From a virus (lineage: Duplodnaviria; Caudoviricetes), in IMG/VR virus record IMGVR_UViG_3300022602_000126, positions 1 through 54,893 of that record: a stretch of 54,893 nucleotides of DNA; one strand, 5' to 3'. Position numbers and translations under genes: made by a program. Of this stretch, positions 36,553 to 46,129 are shown piece by piece. A model generated the notes under the pieces. It made no database searches, was not told the origin of the DNA, and was given only the letters and a program-made list of their open reading frames with translations. Every line of letters begins with the position of its first letter. Position 1 is the first letter of the stretch.

Positions 36553-37233
36553 TTATTTATTGGCTATATTGCTTAAGTCTGCAAGTGATGTTATGGTGCT
36601 ATCTCGCTTGCACAATTCAATATACTCATTCTTATCACCCTTCCACTCTACACCATTCCACCATTCAAATCCATTTAAATGTGCTTTATAGATTGAACTT
36701 TTTTCATAACCACTACCAATATAAAGATGTTCCAAGCCAAGTGATTGCGCATATTGAACTTCATGATTCAGCATCTCTGCGCCAAATTCCCATTGGACAT
36801 GTATTACATATGCATTGAACTGACTTTCTAATCCGCCATTATATTTTACAAACTTGGTAAATCCACGCAGAGCATCTGGAAATGTGCAACCACGCCAATA
36901 ATATTCCATCCATGCATCGCGATCACTCGCAACAAACGGATCATATAGTGGTTCAAATTTTTTATCATAAAGATATCTTTCCCACACTTTTTTATATTCT
37001 TCACTTGGCGTATCTACAAACCGAACATCATAATTGTAAACTGTTTGATAATACTTCCAATCTTTTAAAACAATGCGAGTGCTGCGTGATTGATACCATC
37101 CACCATTATACCATAGCCAACCATTCTCCAATGCTTCACGCTCTTCATGCGGTTCGCATTGTAGATTAGCATGATATAATTGCAGATTATGTTTTTCTTG
37201 AGCACCATAATAGTGGCTATAAGTAATCTTCAT
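36553..37233 (-). CDS. putative aminoacyl-tRNA-protein transferase (ATE1/Bpt-like)
   Basis: L..GW, R; C-terminal E..YA..LGL.HLYIG......YK..F resembles ATE_C. Confidence 0.5.
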   Translation of the reverse strand: MKITYSHYYGAQEKHNLQLYHANLQCEPHEEREALENGWLWYNGGWYQSRSTRIVLKDWKYYQTVYNYDVRFVDTPSEEYKKVWERYLYDKKFEPLYDPFVASDRDAWMEYYWRGCTFPDALRGFTKFVKYNGGLESQFNAYVIHVQWEFGAEMLNHEVQYAQSLGLEHLYIGSGYEKSSIYKAHLNGFEWWNGVEWKGDKNEYIELCKRDSTITSLADLSNIANK

Positions 37234-37737
37234 ATGAATAATTATATAGATTTAGATACCGCAAAGCAAGATTTAAGTGATTGGATTATCAACTTCCTTG
37301 ATGTTCCACAAAAGAATTTAAATGATATTGCGCCATGTCCATTTGCCAAAGCTGCATTGATTAATAATAAAATTCGTTTTGTTGTTGGTAGCGATAGCAT
37401 AGTGCAAGATATGCTTATGCTCAATGCGCAATGGGATAGCGAATATGAAGGCGTTGTGTTAATCTATCCAAACGATATTAATGCAGAAAATTTTAGTGAC
37501 AGCGTTGAATATGTAAACATGATGTTCTATCGTCATAGTGGATTGCTTGCGCTAGAAGATCATCCACAGATTTCAGAAACCATTGCTGGCCTGCGTTTTA
37601 ACAATCACAAATATGCAATCGTTATCGTTCAACGAGCAGAGAAATTACGCAAGGCAAGCGAGATGTTAGCCAAGCGTGGATATTATAAACATTGGACACA
37701 ACAGGATTTAGATTCTGTTGTTGGATGGAGATGGTAA
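37213..37737 (+). CDS. hypothetical protein (DUF1415-like CPFA motif)
   Basis: W......PCPFA, HP motif. Confidence 0.6.
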   Translation: MAISNLHMNNYIDLDTAKQDLSDWIINFLDVPQKNLNDIAPCPFAKAALINNKIRFVVGSDSIVQDMLMLNAQWDSEYEGVVLIYPNDINAENFSDSVEYVNMMFYRHSGLLALEDHPQISETIAGLRFNNHKYAIVIVQRAEKLRKASEMLAKRGYYKHWTQQDLDSVVGWRW

Positions 37738-38844
37738 TTGTATAGCGTTTACCAACATTGGGATCGACTTAAAACTTGTGTAGTTGGCAAAAGTTATCCA
37801 CCGCAATTTTATAGCTTTATTAAGAATCCAAAGCTGCGTAATTTATTTGAAAAGATTGCCATTGAAACCGAAGAAGATTTAGATAGCTTAGATAAGTTAT
37901 TACAGAAATTTAATGTAAAAACTATTAGACCATTTGTTCCTCAAACAAATGCTATCGAACATATTAATAGCGGTGAGCGTATTCCTGCGCCAATCAGTAT
38001 GATACCACGCGATCAAATGATTATGATTGGCAATACTTTTTTATTATTTCCTTATGATATAATATATTCAAAAGCAAGTGGGCAACGCCATTCAAAAACA
38101 CTTGCCAATCAACATCAAGTGCTAGATGAAACTAAAAAATTAGATTGGTGGAAACCTATAAAAGATGATGTGGTTAATGCTAACAACATTGTAATTGAAA
38201 ATTCATGGGATGAATTATTAAAAGTTATTCCAGCAAATGGCATAACTCGTTGCGGCAAAGATTTATATTTTGGAATAGGTGGTAATCCGCTATTAAAAGT
38301 TGGATTAAAGAAATTACAGAAAAAATATTTTAGTGATTATAGATGCCATGAAGTTCCTACTCATGGACACACTGATGGAGTTTATATGCCAGTTGTACCT
38401 GGCTTAATTGTTAGCACTGTTCATGCAGATGAAATTTCATATGATAAAGAATTTCCCGATTGGGAAGTAGTCAATATCACTGGCGAAGGATGGGGCAAAA
38501 CAGAATCATGGTCACAACTAAAAGCTAAAAACAATGGCGCATGGTGGATTAAAGATCATGAGAATGATGATGAATTAATCGAGTTTGTAGAAACTTGGTT
38601 GCGTGATTGGGTTGGATATGTTGAAGAAAGTGTATTTGATGTAAACATGCTAATGATTGATGAAAAGAATGTTATTTGCAATGGATATAACAAAACAGTG
38701 TTTGATGCATTTGAGCGATATGGAATAACTCCGCATATATTAAATTTAAGACATCGTTATTTCTGGGATGGCGGTATTCATTGTTCTACGCTAGATTTAG
38801 ATCGCGAAGGAACTATGCAAGATTATTTTCCAAAGCGAGGATGA
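37738..38844 (+). CDS. amidinotransferase (glycine/inosamine amidinotransferase family)
   Basis: WDRLK.CVVG, PRD, H.DG, GGIHC.T.D..R catalytic Cys motif. Confidence 0.85.
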   Translation: MYSVYQHWDRLKTCVVGKSYPPQFYSFIKNPKLRNLFEKIAIETEEDLDSLDKLLQKFNVKTIRPFVPQTNAIEHINSGERIPAPISMIPRDQMIMIGNTFLLFPYDIIYSKASGQRHSKTLANQHQVLDETKKLDWWKPIKDDVVNANNIVIENSWDELLKVIPANGITRCGKDLYFGIGGNPLLKVGLKKLQKKYFSDYRCHEVPTHGHTDGVYMPVVPGLIVSTVHADEISYDKEFPDWEVVNITGEGWGKTESWSQLKAKNNGAWWIKDHENDDELIEFVETWLRDWVGYVEESVFDVNMLMIDEKNVICNGYNKTVFDAFERYGITPHILNLRHRYFWDGGIHCSTLDLDREGTMQDYFPKRG

Positions 38845-38845
38845 T

Positions 38846-38922
38846 TGGCGATCTCGGCAGGACTCTAACCTGCAACCTAGTGGGTAGAAGCCACTTGCTC
38901 TATACAGTTAAGCTACGAGACC
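38846..38922 (-). tRNA. tRNA-Arg(UCU)
   Basis: Cloverleaf; anticodon arm AGTGG-CTTCTAC-CCACT; CCA encoded; atypical T-loop TTAGAGT. Confidence 0.88.
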
Positions 38923-38923
38923 G

Positions 38924-39304
38924 TTACAAACCAAATATATCATGCAATTCTTGCAACGTCAACTCATTTGCATAATATGTTTTATCACACTTATATAACA
39001 CGCTATCATGTAAACGTTTGGCAATGACATCATTTATAACACGAATACTCATATCGTGCGTAATTTTATCAACAGCATTATGATGACGTTGATCTAACAC
39101 AAATGCAAGTGGCTTGCTAAATCTATAAATCTTGCTTAGATTTGAAGCACGGCTGATAACATAGTTTGTATATCCAACCTGAGATAACCCGTGTTTCCAC
39201 GGGGTATCTTCAATGAGTTCACTTTCTCGTATGATTTTAATCTCTGGAATTTCTTCCAAGATTTTTACACATTCTGGTGTTTCAACGAGAAATAATACTT
39301 TCAT
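38924..39304 (-). CDS. hypothetical protein
   Basis: Start MKVLFL after AGGTG; upstream part of the computed ORF is the tRNA-Ser gene. Confidence 0.65.
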   Translation of the reverse strand: MKVLFLVETPECVKILEEIPEIKIIRESELIEDTPWKHGLSQVGYTNYVISRASNLSKIYRFSKPLAFVLDQRHHNAVDKITHDMSIRVINDVIAKRLHDSVLYKCDKTYYANELTLQELHDIFGL

Positions 39305-39322
39305 ATAACACCTAAAAAATAA

Positions 39323-39407
<85 letters not shown>

Positions 39408-39412
<5 letters not shown>

Positions 39413-39836
39413 ATATGATTGACTCATCTAGTAATTCACTATACAACGGTGCTCTTGATTTGTCAACATTTATTGTATTCTTGCCTACTTCTTTTCTAAT
39501 TCTAAAAGTCTTTACATTTCTAATTTGTTCTTTATTAAAATAACAAATAGAATCTACATCTGGTATATAAACAGCCCATCCATCAATTGCAGATAAATCA
39601 ATTGGAATTTTTTTACCATTAACAACAGTGCTAAATGGTATTTCAACAGAATTTATTCTACTATCAACTTGTCTATATTTAACTTGTAATTTTTTAACAT
39701 TATAGTTTTTATCCATAACAATTAAATCAACCGCACTATAATCGTGTAATGGAGTAAAACACTCATAACCTTTTTTAGTTAAGTCTCTTATAACTTCAAT
39801 TAGTCCTATATTACCTTTTTCGTTTACGTTCATCAT
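39408..39836 (-). CDS. PD-(D/E)XK homing-type endonuclease
   Basis: KG.IG...V...L...GY..F.P.......DLIV.......LQVKY pattern; between tRNA genes. Confidence 0.8.
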
Positions 39837-39885
39837 AGTCTCCTACATTATTTATATTTATGCAGAAGTTGACTCAACTTGTAGA

Positions 39886-39961
39886 TGGTAGGCGATGACG
39901 GTCTCGAACCGCCGACATTTTGCGTGTAAAGCAAACACTCTACCAACTGAGTTAATCGCCC
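39886..39961 (-). tRNA. tRNA-Val(UAC)
   Basis: Anticodon arm TTTGC-TTTACAC-GCAAA, GGTTCGAG T-arm, A73-CCA. Confidence 0.93.
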
Positions 39962-39988
39962 ATTTCTTATTCTCTTAATATACTTAGT

Positions 39989-40576
39989 TTATTCACTTTT
40001 GTCAAGAATTATTTTATATAAAGTTTCAGCCATTAATTTGTGTCCAACTTCATCTGGATGCCCATCTGGAAATTGATTAGGATAAATTATATCACACATA
40101 TTTTGCAACCCATTCCAAAGATACCGATTATTTTTTATACTATTATAATAATTTAATGGCAATGCATCAAATAAAAAATATTCTATGCTTTGTAAATCTA
40201 ACCACGCCATAAACATTTTGATTTGTTTTATATTACGTTCAAGATAATAATTATCGTCATAAAAATCTTGCCAAAACATATTTTCAAATTTACTTTGCCC
40301 ACGGCGATTTAGAATAGTTGTAAATCGTTTGTTAGTTTTTACATCCATAAATTCTATACGACTATGGCGTGTTAATCCGCAAATTACAAGACTATTGGTT
40401 AAATCACAGTCCATAATAGAATTAATAATATATTCATTGCCCATACCTTCACTACCAAGATTAATCGTAGGCAAATTTAACTTTTTACCTAACACATATG
40501 GCCAAGCAAGTTGCGGATTATCTAGACCATATCCACTTGTAAAACTATCGCCACTACAAATTATTTTTGAAAACAT
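39989..40576 (-). CDS. SGNH/GDSL-like hydrolase-fold protein
   Basis: GDSFT.G, N.G..G.GN, DGHP...GH. Confidence 0.7.
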   Translation of the reverse strand: MFSKIICSGDSFTSGYGLDNPQLAWPYVLGKKLNLPTINLGSEGMGNEYIINSIMDCDLTNSLVICGLTRHSRIEFMDVKTNKRFTTILNRRGQSKFENMFWQDFYDDNYYLERNIKQIKMFMAWLDLQSIEYFLFDALPLNYYNSIKNNRYLWNGLQNMCDIIYPNQFPDGHPDEVGHKLMAETLYKIILDKSE

Positions 40577-41361
40577 TCGGTGACCTTTGGATATATTAAA
40601 TCTAACCAATCACTATGCGCCTCTTGAACAGGATGATTTCCGCATTGAGGATAATCTTTTGCCCAAGTATGAAATCCATTATCTTTATGCCAATTATTCC
40701 AATTAATATTTTGCCATATCCCATTAGATAAAACTTCGGGCGGTTGTTTATCATATAATTCATGCGTGGCACAACAAAAGAAATATGGAATATTTTTACT
40801 TTCTAACAATAACTGCAACAATAATATTTCTTTGGCAGTATTAATATGATGACTTATTGAATCGCCTGTTATTTTATAATATTGATCCGCAGCACTTGTT
40901 ATTCCAATTTCAGTTAGTTTATCATGTTGATCACTGAAAAATTTATGTTGGTTATCATCTATGCCATTTGGAAAAAATGAAAGTTTTTCTTCTAATGATA
41001 ATCCATGCCATGCATTAAAATTGATATAATAATCATCTATACCAAACTGTGCTTCTAATGATTTGTCATGCACGATAGTATTATAAGGATGCATATTGCG
41101 CAATCTTATTTCACTGCGATGAGTATATGTCCACATAACTGCTACATATAATTCTTTATTTTGATTTTGATTAATAGCATCTATAACACGACGAGCGATT
41201 GAATTATTAGCGCATCCTGGTTTTGCAACACAAAGATATTCATAGTTTAGTTGTTTAGCTAATAAAGCAGACCATGTAAATTGACTAGGCGATGTTAATG
41301 TTTCATCGCCTAGTTCACTGCCCCAAGTAAAACTATCGCCACCTGCGATTAGTAATGGCAT
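40561..41361 (-). CDS. SGNH/GDSL-like hydrolase-fold protein
   Basis: GDSFTWG, PG..N..I.R, WT...R.E, NHP...AH. Confidence 0.7.
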   Translation of the reverse strand: MPLLIAGGDSFTWGSELGDETLTSPSQFTWSALLAKQLNYEYLCVAKPGCANNSIARRVIDAINQNQNKELYVAVMWTYTHRSEIRLRNMHPYNTIVHDKSLEAQFGIDDYYINFNAWHGLSLEEKLSFFPNGIDDNQHKFFSDQHDKLTEIGITSAADQYYKITGDSISHHINTAKEILLLQLLLESKNIPYFFCCATHELYDKQPPEVLSNGIWQNINWNNWHKDNGFHTWAKDYPQCGNHPVQEAHSDWLDLIYPKVTECFQK

Positions 41362-41975
41362 TAAGCCCCCAATACAGACTTGGCTTTTTCCCAATGTGCG
41401 GTGCGTTCTTCAAGACCAATTGTGCCGCCATTGATGATCTTAGTGCAGCGTTCAATATCACCGCTGTCAGCTACTTCGTTGCAACCATTTTGTTGCCAGA
41501 ACCAACCAGCACTGCGAGCAGCGCCTTCTGGGGTTGCAAGATAATCACTGTCACTAACAAGGTCTTTGTTAAGTGCTTGTCCACATGCTTCATAGTTGCT
41601 TTTGCCAGTCAACTGAACAAGTCCGCGACCACGAAAACGATAACCGTCGCCGCTTGCTTCGTCGCCATTGCCCATGCGTGATGCATAAACACGGTTAGCA
41701 ATCTTCTCTGGCTGCTTTGCAAAGTCTTCTGGATTTACATCCTTAAAATACTTTGGAAATACCTTAGAAAGAGTTTCAGCTTTATAGTTAAGGTTCTCAC
41801 TAACAGCACTGAACATGCCGCTTTCGTGTCCTACCTGAGCAAGAAACATTGCTTCACGAGCAAGAGAATTTACTTCAAATTCATTCATTGCTTCATTAAG
41901 TGCATCGCTAAACTTTTCAAGGTTTTCTTCTTTAGCTTGTGGGAAAATTTCTTTAAGTTGGTCTAAACTTGCCAT
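41361..41975 (-). CDS. glycoside hydrolase family 19 endolysin
   Basis: FLAQ.GHESG, ENLNY, FRGRGLVQLTGK.NY, T..INGG..GL..R. Confidence 0.93.
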   Translation of the reverse strand: MASLDQLKEIFPQAKEENLEKFSDALNEAMNEFEVNSLAREAMFLAQVGHESGMFSAVSENLNYKAETLSKVFPKYFKDVNPEDFAKQPEKIANRVYASRMGNGDEASGDGYRFRGRGLVQLTGKSNYEACGQALNKDLVSDSDYLATPEGAARSAGWFWQQNGCNEVADSGDIERCTKIINGGTIGLEERTAHWEKAKSVLGA

Positions 41976-42040
41976 TTTACGGCTCCTTTTGTTTTTTATA
42001 CTACTATTTACCATTCCGATTATGACACCTAAATAACTAC

Positions 42041-42925
42041 ATGTGTGTAATTGTCGCCAAATATTTTGAAGGAACTGGTTGGGTTGGGGTTAAAAACCGT
42101 GACCGTAACTATGTGCCTGATTTAAGTTTTGTTAAGAAAAAAACCGCTAATACAGAAATTTTATATTTTCACGATGACATAACAAAATATGTTGAAGGCA
42201 TGAATGATAGTGGTGTATGCGTGTTAAGTGCTTCACTTATGGTGCTAGATGATGAAAAAGAAATCACTGTTCGCACCAAGACACCAAGTAAAGATGGCGT
42301 GAAAATTAAGAAAGCACTTAAACTTACTGATATCAAAGCAGTAGCAATGAGTCTGATTAAGCAGAAACTGCCTGGTTGCACACTTATATTCAACCAAGAA
42401 GAATGCTATCTACTTGAAGGTTCATGGGCACCAGGTGGCTATGAAGATAAAGATTACAAGTATAAGATTGAAAAGATTGAACACAACGAAACTGTTGCCA
42501 GAACTAATCATGGTGTATGGTTAAAGTGGGCTGGCTATCAATATGGAGCAGATGATAACGAAAGCATGAGTGCTATTTCTAGTCGCAGTCGTTTGCTAAT
42601 TGCTCAACATGTTGTTGATACTGCCAAAACTCCTGCTCAGTTAATTGATTTATTAACCAAGAAGTATGTGGATAATTGGCAATTGAACGCTATGCGCTTG
42701 GCAGATGAAAAGAAGATGATGCGCACCACTGCACAACTTATGCTAGTGCCAAAAGACCTAACAATGTTTGTGCGTCCTATTCAAAGCAATATTAAGTTTA
42801 ACTTCTGGAAACTTAATGGCGCAAAGGATAACAAGATGTGGGTTGAATTGCTAACCAATCGTGTGTTACGCACTGGTGAAGATGATCCTGCTATTCCAAC
42901 TAATCTTTCACATATTGAAGATTAA
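42041..42925 (+). CDS. Ntn-hydrolase superfamily protein
   Basis: N-terminal Cys2, KNRDR, EGMN..GV, RTNH, SS..R. Confidence 0.7.
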   Translation: MCVIVAKYFEGTGWVGVKNRDRNYVPDLSFVKKKTANTEILYFHDDITKYVEGMNDSGVCVLSASLMVLDDEKEITVRTKTPSKDGVKIKKALKLTDIKAVAMSLIKQKLPGCTLIFNQEECYLLEGSWAPGGYEDKDYKYKIEKIEHNETVARTNHGVWLKWAGYQYGADDNESMSAISSRSRLLIAQHVVDTAKTPAQLIDLLTKKYVDNWQLNAMRLADEKKMMRTTAQLMLVPKDLTMFVRPIQSNIKFNFWKLNGAKDNKMWVELLTNRVLRTGEDDPAIPTNLSHIED

Positions 42926-43173
42926 ACTGGATGATGGGCTAATCCCCAATCATTGTATTTCCAACGCAATCCAAATAGCACAGCATCTTCACTATTCGTG
43001 AATATCCATTGACTTGTCCACCCATGCTGCTCATTAGCATAAGGCCATTGATTTACAGTATAATCAATGCCGTTTTCCAAGCACCAAATAACCATCTGAT
43101 CAATCCAAAACTGTGCTGCAAATGCGGCATGAGCAGATGGCAGTGTAATATCAATTTTATAATTTTCAGTCAT
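42922..43173 (-). CDS. hypothetical protein
   Basis: 83 aa, F.LRW motif. Confidence 0.6.
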   Translation of the reverse strand: MTENYKIDITLPSAHAAFAAQFWIDQMVIWCLENGIDYTVNQWPYANEQHGWTSQWIFTNSEDAVLFGLRWKYNDWGLAHHPV

Positions 43174-43189
43174 GATTACTTTTTAAGTT

Positions 43190-43266
43190 TGGTGCGCACG
43201 GTGGGATTCGAACCCACAACACTGGCATTTTAAGTGCCATAACTCTGCCAATTGGTTCACGTGCGC
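43190..43266 (-). tRNA. tRNA-Leu(UAA), short variable loop
   Basis: Acceptor GCGCACG/CGTGCGC, anticodon arm TGGCA-CTTAAAA-TGCCA, GGTTCGAATCC, A73-CCA. Confidence 0.9.
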
Positions 43267-43274
43267 ATTATTCT

Positions 43275-43562
43275 TTACTTTACACTAATACTATGTATGC
43301 TGTCAAGCCTAAAAGAACGCCATTCACCAATATCAGTAACAAAAACTGCGAGTGAAGTATCGCTAACCTTGCGTTCCTTCTTTTCTTCACCTTCTACTAC
43401 AAGGGCAGGTGGTAACATAAGGGGATTGAGAGTACAAGGCATTGTGCGTAGATCACCGTTGACCTTAGTAAAGGTTACTTCGCATACGCTTTCACGCAGC
43501 ATATCACGCAGCATATCAATGCTTGGCTGAACGTCGTTATTAAACTCAATATATGCTGTCAT
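43275..43562 (-). CDS. WYL_2/DUF2693-like Sm/SH3-fold protein
   Basis: VTFTKVNG..R.M.CTL...WRSFRLD. Confidence 0.75.
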   Translation of the reverse strand: MTAYIEFNNDVQPSIDMLRDMLRESVCEVTFTKVNGDLRTMPCTLNPLMLPPALVVEGEEKKERKVSDTSLAVFVTDIGEWRSFRLDSIHSISVK

Positions 43563-43588
43563 CTATTGTCCTTTAAAATGTTTGGTTT

Positions 43589-43664
43589 TGGTAGGCGTGG
43601 CCCGACTCGAACGGACACTGGTGCTCTTATGAGGAGCAGGTACTGACCCTTATACGACACGCCC
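43589..43664 (-). tRNA. tRNA with CAU anticodon (Ile2 or elongator Met)
   Basis: Anticodon arm TGCTC-CTCATAA-GAGCA; acceptor GGGCGTG/CACGCCT; lacks initiator GGG/CCC anticodon stem. Confidence 0.85.
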
Positions 43665-44162
43665 ATTATTTTTTTTTCTCTGCCAAGCATCTCGCAACGC
43701 TTGTTTGTGCTCTTCACTCTTTGGTTTATTTTTTAATGCTAAACCACCTTTTCTTCCATGTTCACTATGTTCTTTGGAAGATAAAGAATGAACTCCTTTT
43801 TTCTGTGCGTATGACGATCTGCCAGCCTTTTTAGATGCTTCATTTCCAAATTTCTCTATTATCGCAAGAATACCTTTGCGAGAATTTTCTTTAGTAAATC
43901 CACCAACTCCACCTTGTTTCATATTATAGTTTTCTTCTAGGTAAAAGTCAATAGTTAATTCTTTTTCTTTTTCATAAGCATCATTGGCATTTTCATATTC
44001 AAATAATACTTCTTTAGTAAAATTTTCCCTACCATGTTTCGCAATAGCATTTTTAATGGCTCTACCGCTTCCCATATAAGAATCATTTGGGTTATCTGTT
44101 TTGTGAACGCCTATGTAAGTCTTTCCATTTAACACATTGGTAATTTTATAAACTGTGAACAT
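43650..44162 (-). CDS. GIY-YIG (Seg-like) homing endonuclease
   Basis: VYKITN..NGK.YIG.H......Y.GSG..I..AI.K.G..NF.KE, YN...GG.GG. Confidence 0.9.
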   Translation of the reverse strand: MFTVYKITNVLNGKTYIGVHKTDNPNDSYMGSGRAIKNAIAKHGRENFTKEVLFEYENANDAYEKEKELTIDFYLEENYNMKQGGVGGFTKENSRKGILAIIEKFGNEASKKAGRSSYAQKKGVHSLSSKEHSEHGRKGGLALKNKPKSEEHKQALRDAWQRKKNNGRVV

Positions 44163-44206
44163 ATGGTATTTATACAAAGCCGTCACGAGGGCTTTACTAT
44201 TACAAC

Positions 44207-44431
44207 TTATACTGTTTTATTTAATCTGTCAATAAAAAGTTTCTTTAACGCTTTCTCAAACCCTTCCGTATTTCCTTCAACACGAGCCAAAAACAATTCA
44301 TAAACGAGCGGGTCATCTTTTTCTGGTTTAAAATTGAGATTGCGTGATTCTATCTCTTCAATGAGTTCATCATCATCAAAATCACTGATATCATATTCTA
44401 CTTCTACTTCTGTGTAATGTGTTCGTGCCAT
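44207..44431 (-). CDS. hypothetical protein
   Basis: 74-aa acidic ORF. Confidence 0.7.
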   Translation of the reverse strand: MARTHYTEVEVEYDISDFDDDELIEEIESRNLNFKPEKDDPLVYELFLARVEGNTEGFEKALKKLFIDRLNKTV

Positions 44432-44432
44432 T

Positions 44433-44870
44433 TTATTTTGCTTTCTTTTGCGATTGTTTGAACATTACATACAAACCAAGTTCACGACCAAAGGCTTCAA
44501 TCTCCCAAGGACAATCCCAATAGTTCATATCTTCTGGATAATATTCACCACCAAAACGATACATGCGCTTGCGCTCATTGAAACCAAATTTATCTTGGCA
44601 ATGCTGCTTAACATGTACCATCTCATGGGCGAGCGCCATCAACACCGCTCGCTCGCCCATGTCAGCATCAACAGTGACGGTAAACTGTTTACCATCATCA
44701 TTGCAGCAATCGGCTTGGTTGCCCTGACTTTTAAGATAACCTTTCTCAAAGTCAAGATAGACATCAACCTTCGCATGGTTCTTCATAAGATAATCGGCAT
44801 AAAACCCCATAGCTGCCTTGACAGTCTTGGTTGAAACCTTAGATGGCTTGCCAGAAATCGTGAGAAACAT
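44433..44870 (-). CDS. putative zinc metallopeptidase (HExxH)
   Basis: LAHEMVHVKQ...PWEIEA. Confidence 0.75.
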   Translation of the reverse strand: MFLTISGKPSKVSTKTVKAAMGFYADYLMKNHAKVDVYLDFEKGYLKSQGNQADCCNDDGKQFTVTVDADMGERAVLMALAHEMVHVKQHCQDKFGFNERKRMYRFGGEYYPEDMNYWDCPWEIEAFGRELGLYVMFKQSQKKAK

Positions 44871-44910
44871 GCGAAATCTCCATTGCTTATATTCTCAATA
44901 TAACATGTTT

Positions 44911-45381
44911 TTAGGGATTGTCAAGCATTATTATTTCATCAAATCCCTCAGAAAGTTGAGGCATTTCAAGATGTTGAATCATGCTTGCCATAACATCCTT
45001 TGGGATGCTCTTGCCTACACGAGAATCAAGACGGCGTTGCAATTCGGCCGCATCAGGAGTAGGAAAGAATACACATACCTTTACCCATTCCTTTGGCAAC
45101 CGTCCCAACTTGATCTTACGACCCTTGGCAGTGGTGTTAGTCTGATCCCAGATAAGCGTCTTGTCCAGATTAATAGCAGTCTGTACCTGAGAGTCACAGA
45201 ACTTCTGTGCATAGCCAATTGCCTGACTAAAAATCTCGTTATAGGTCTTGCCAGCCTTTGCTGCTACCGTATCAATATACGCATCGCTAGATGCAATGAT
45301 AGCATCTTCAAACTTCTGGTTAGCAACCCAAGTTGACTTGCCCGCACCTGGTACGCCTACTAACATATAACACTTCGTCAT
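44911..45381 (-). CDS. polynucleotide kinase-like P-loop protein (AAA_33)
   Basis: LVGVPGAGKSTW, SSD, WDQTN....R, R...R. Confidence 0.82.
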   Translation of the reverse strand: MTKCYMLVGVPGAGKSTWVANQKFEDAIIASSDAYIDTVAAKAGKTYNEIFSQAIGYAQKFCDSQVQTAINLDKTLIWDQTNTTAKGRKIKLGRLPKEWVKVCVFFPTPDAAELQRRLDSRVGKSIPKDVMASMIQHLEMPQLSEGFDEIIMLDNP

Positions 45382-45382
45382 G

Positions 45383-45859
45383 TCAAACTCCTAAACTCTT
45401 CAAATCGCTTGCCGTTGGCATCGCATCACCAAATCTCATATAATAGAATACCATATCCTGCTCATCTGTCAAGAGCAAATATACACCATCATTATTTGCC
45501 CAATAAGCATAGTGTCCTACCATATTTTCCTGCAACCATTTTTCAAGCGGTCTAGCATATTTTTTAAATAATCTGTCATATACTTCATTAGAATCTTTGC
45601 AATTTTTTAATTCACTTGTAAACCAAGTTTCATAAAGAGTTTGCCACTTCATACACATTGGGCCATGATAACCGCCATTGCAGCAAAGATTGCGTGATGT
45701 ATTTCCTCGTGAAGGCGAAATTTTCTTGGCGACATCACGAGCAAAATCACGAGCAAAATGCGATATTACCTTGCGCCGCCCCCAATTTCGCCAAGCAATT
45801 ACGCCCCATAATCCAAGTATGATCAAGGCATAGAATGAGTAAATGATGGCGCTTAGCAT
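45383..45859 (-). CDS. hypothetical membrane-anchored protein
   Basis: N-terminal TM helix; AAGGA RBS. Confidence 0.65.
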   Translation of the reverse strand: MLSAIIYSFYALIILGLWGVIAWRNWGRRKVISHFARDFARDVAKKISPSRGNTSRNLCCNGGYHGPMCMKWQTLYETWFTSELKNCKDSNEVYDRLFKKYARPLEKWLQENMVGHYAYWANNDGVYLLLTDEQDMVFYYMRFGDAMPTASDLKSLGV

Positions 45860-46064
45860 ATCATTATTCCTTACTCATGACCTTGTCATATCCTTTACGA
45901 ATTTTGGCAATAGTTCCACCAACATCCTCTGGCCACCGCGTAACCCAAATCCACACCATAATTGCAACAAATCCTAGCATTAGAAATCTCCATCAACTTA
46001 TACATCATAATAGCATATAATACGGGGTTGTCAAGTAGAAAGATTATATAATGAATTCACAGTG

Positions 46065-46129
46065 ATAAATAATAGTGTAGGCCACGGACTGCAATCCTGC
46101 CTACTCTATCGTCGTGAAGGACAACAGCA
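46065..46129 (+). promoter_or_regulatory. Endonuclease leader cassette copy F
   Basis: ATAAATAATAGT-GTAGGC-CAC-GGA CTGCAA TCC-T-GCCTAC-TCTA-TCGTC GTGAAG GACAA-CAGCA-ATG. Confidence 0.85.

Noticed and set aside
44175-44196. Hairpin AAAGCC...GGCTTT upstream of the Seg-like gene as a seventh leader copy
   Set aside because: It lies upstream of the TAAATA box and lacks the CAC bulge, TCTA linker and CAGCA; more likely a weak terminator.
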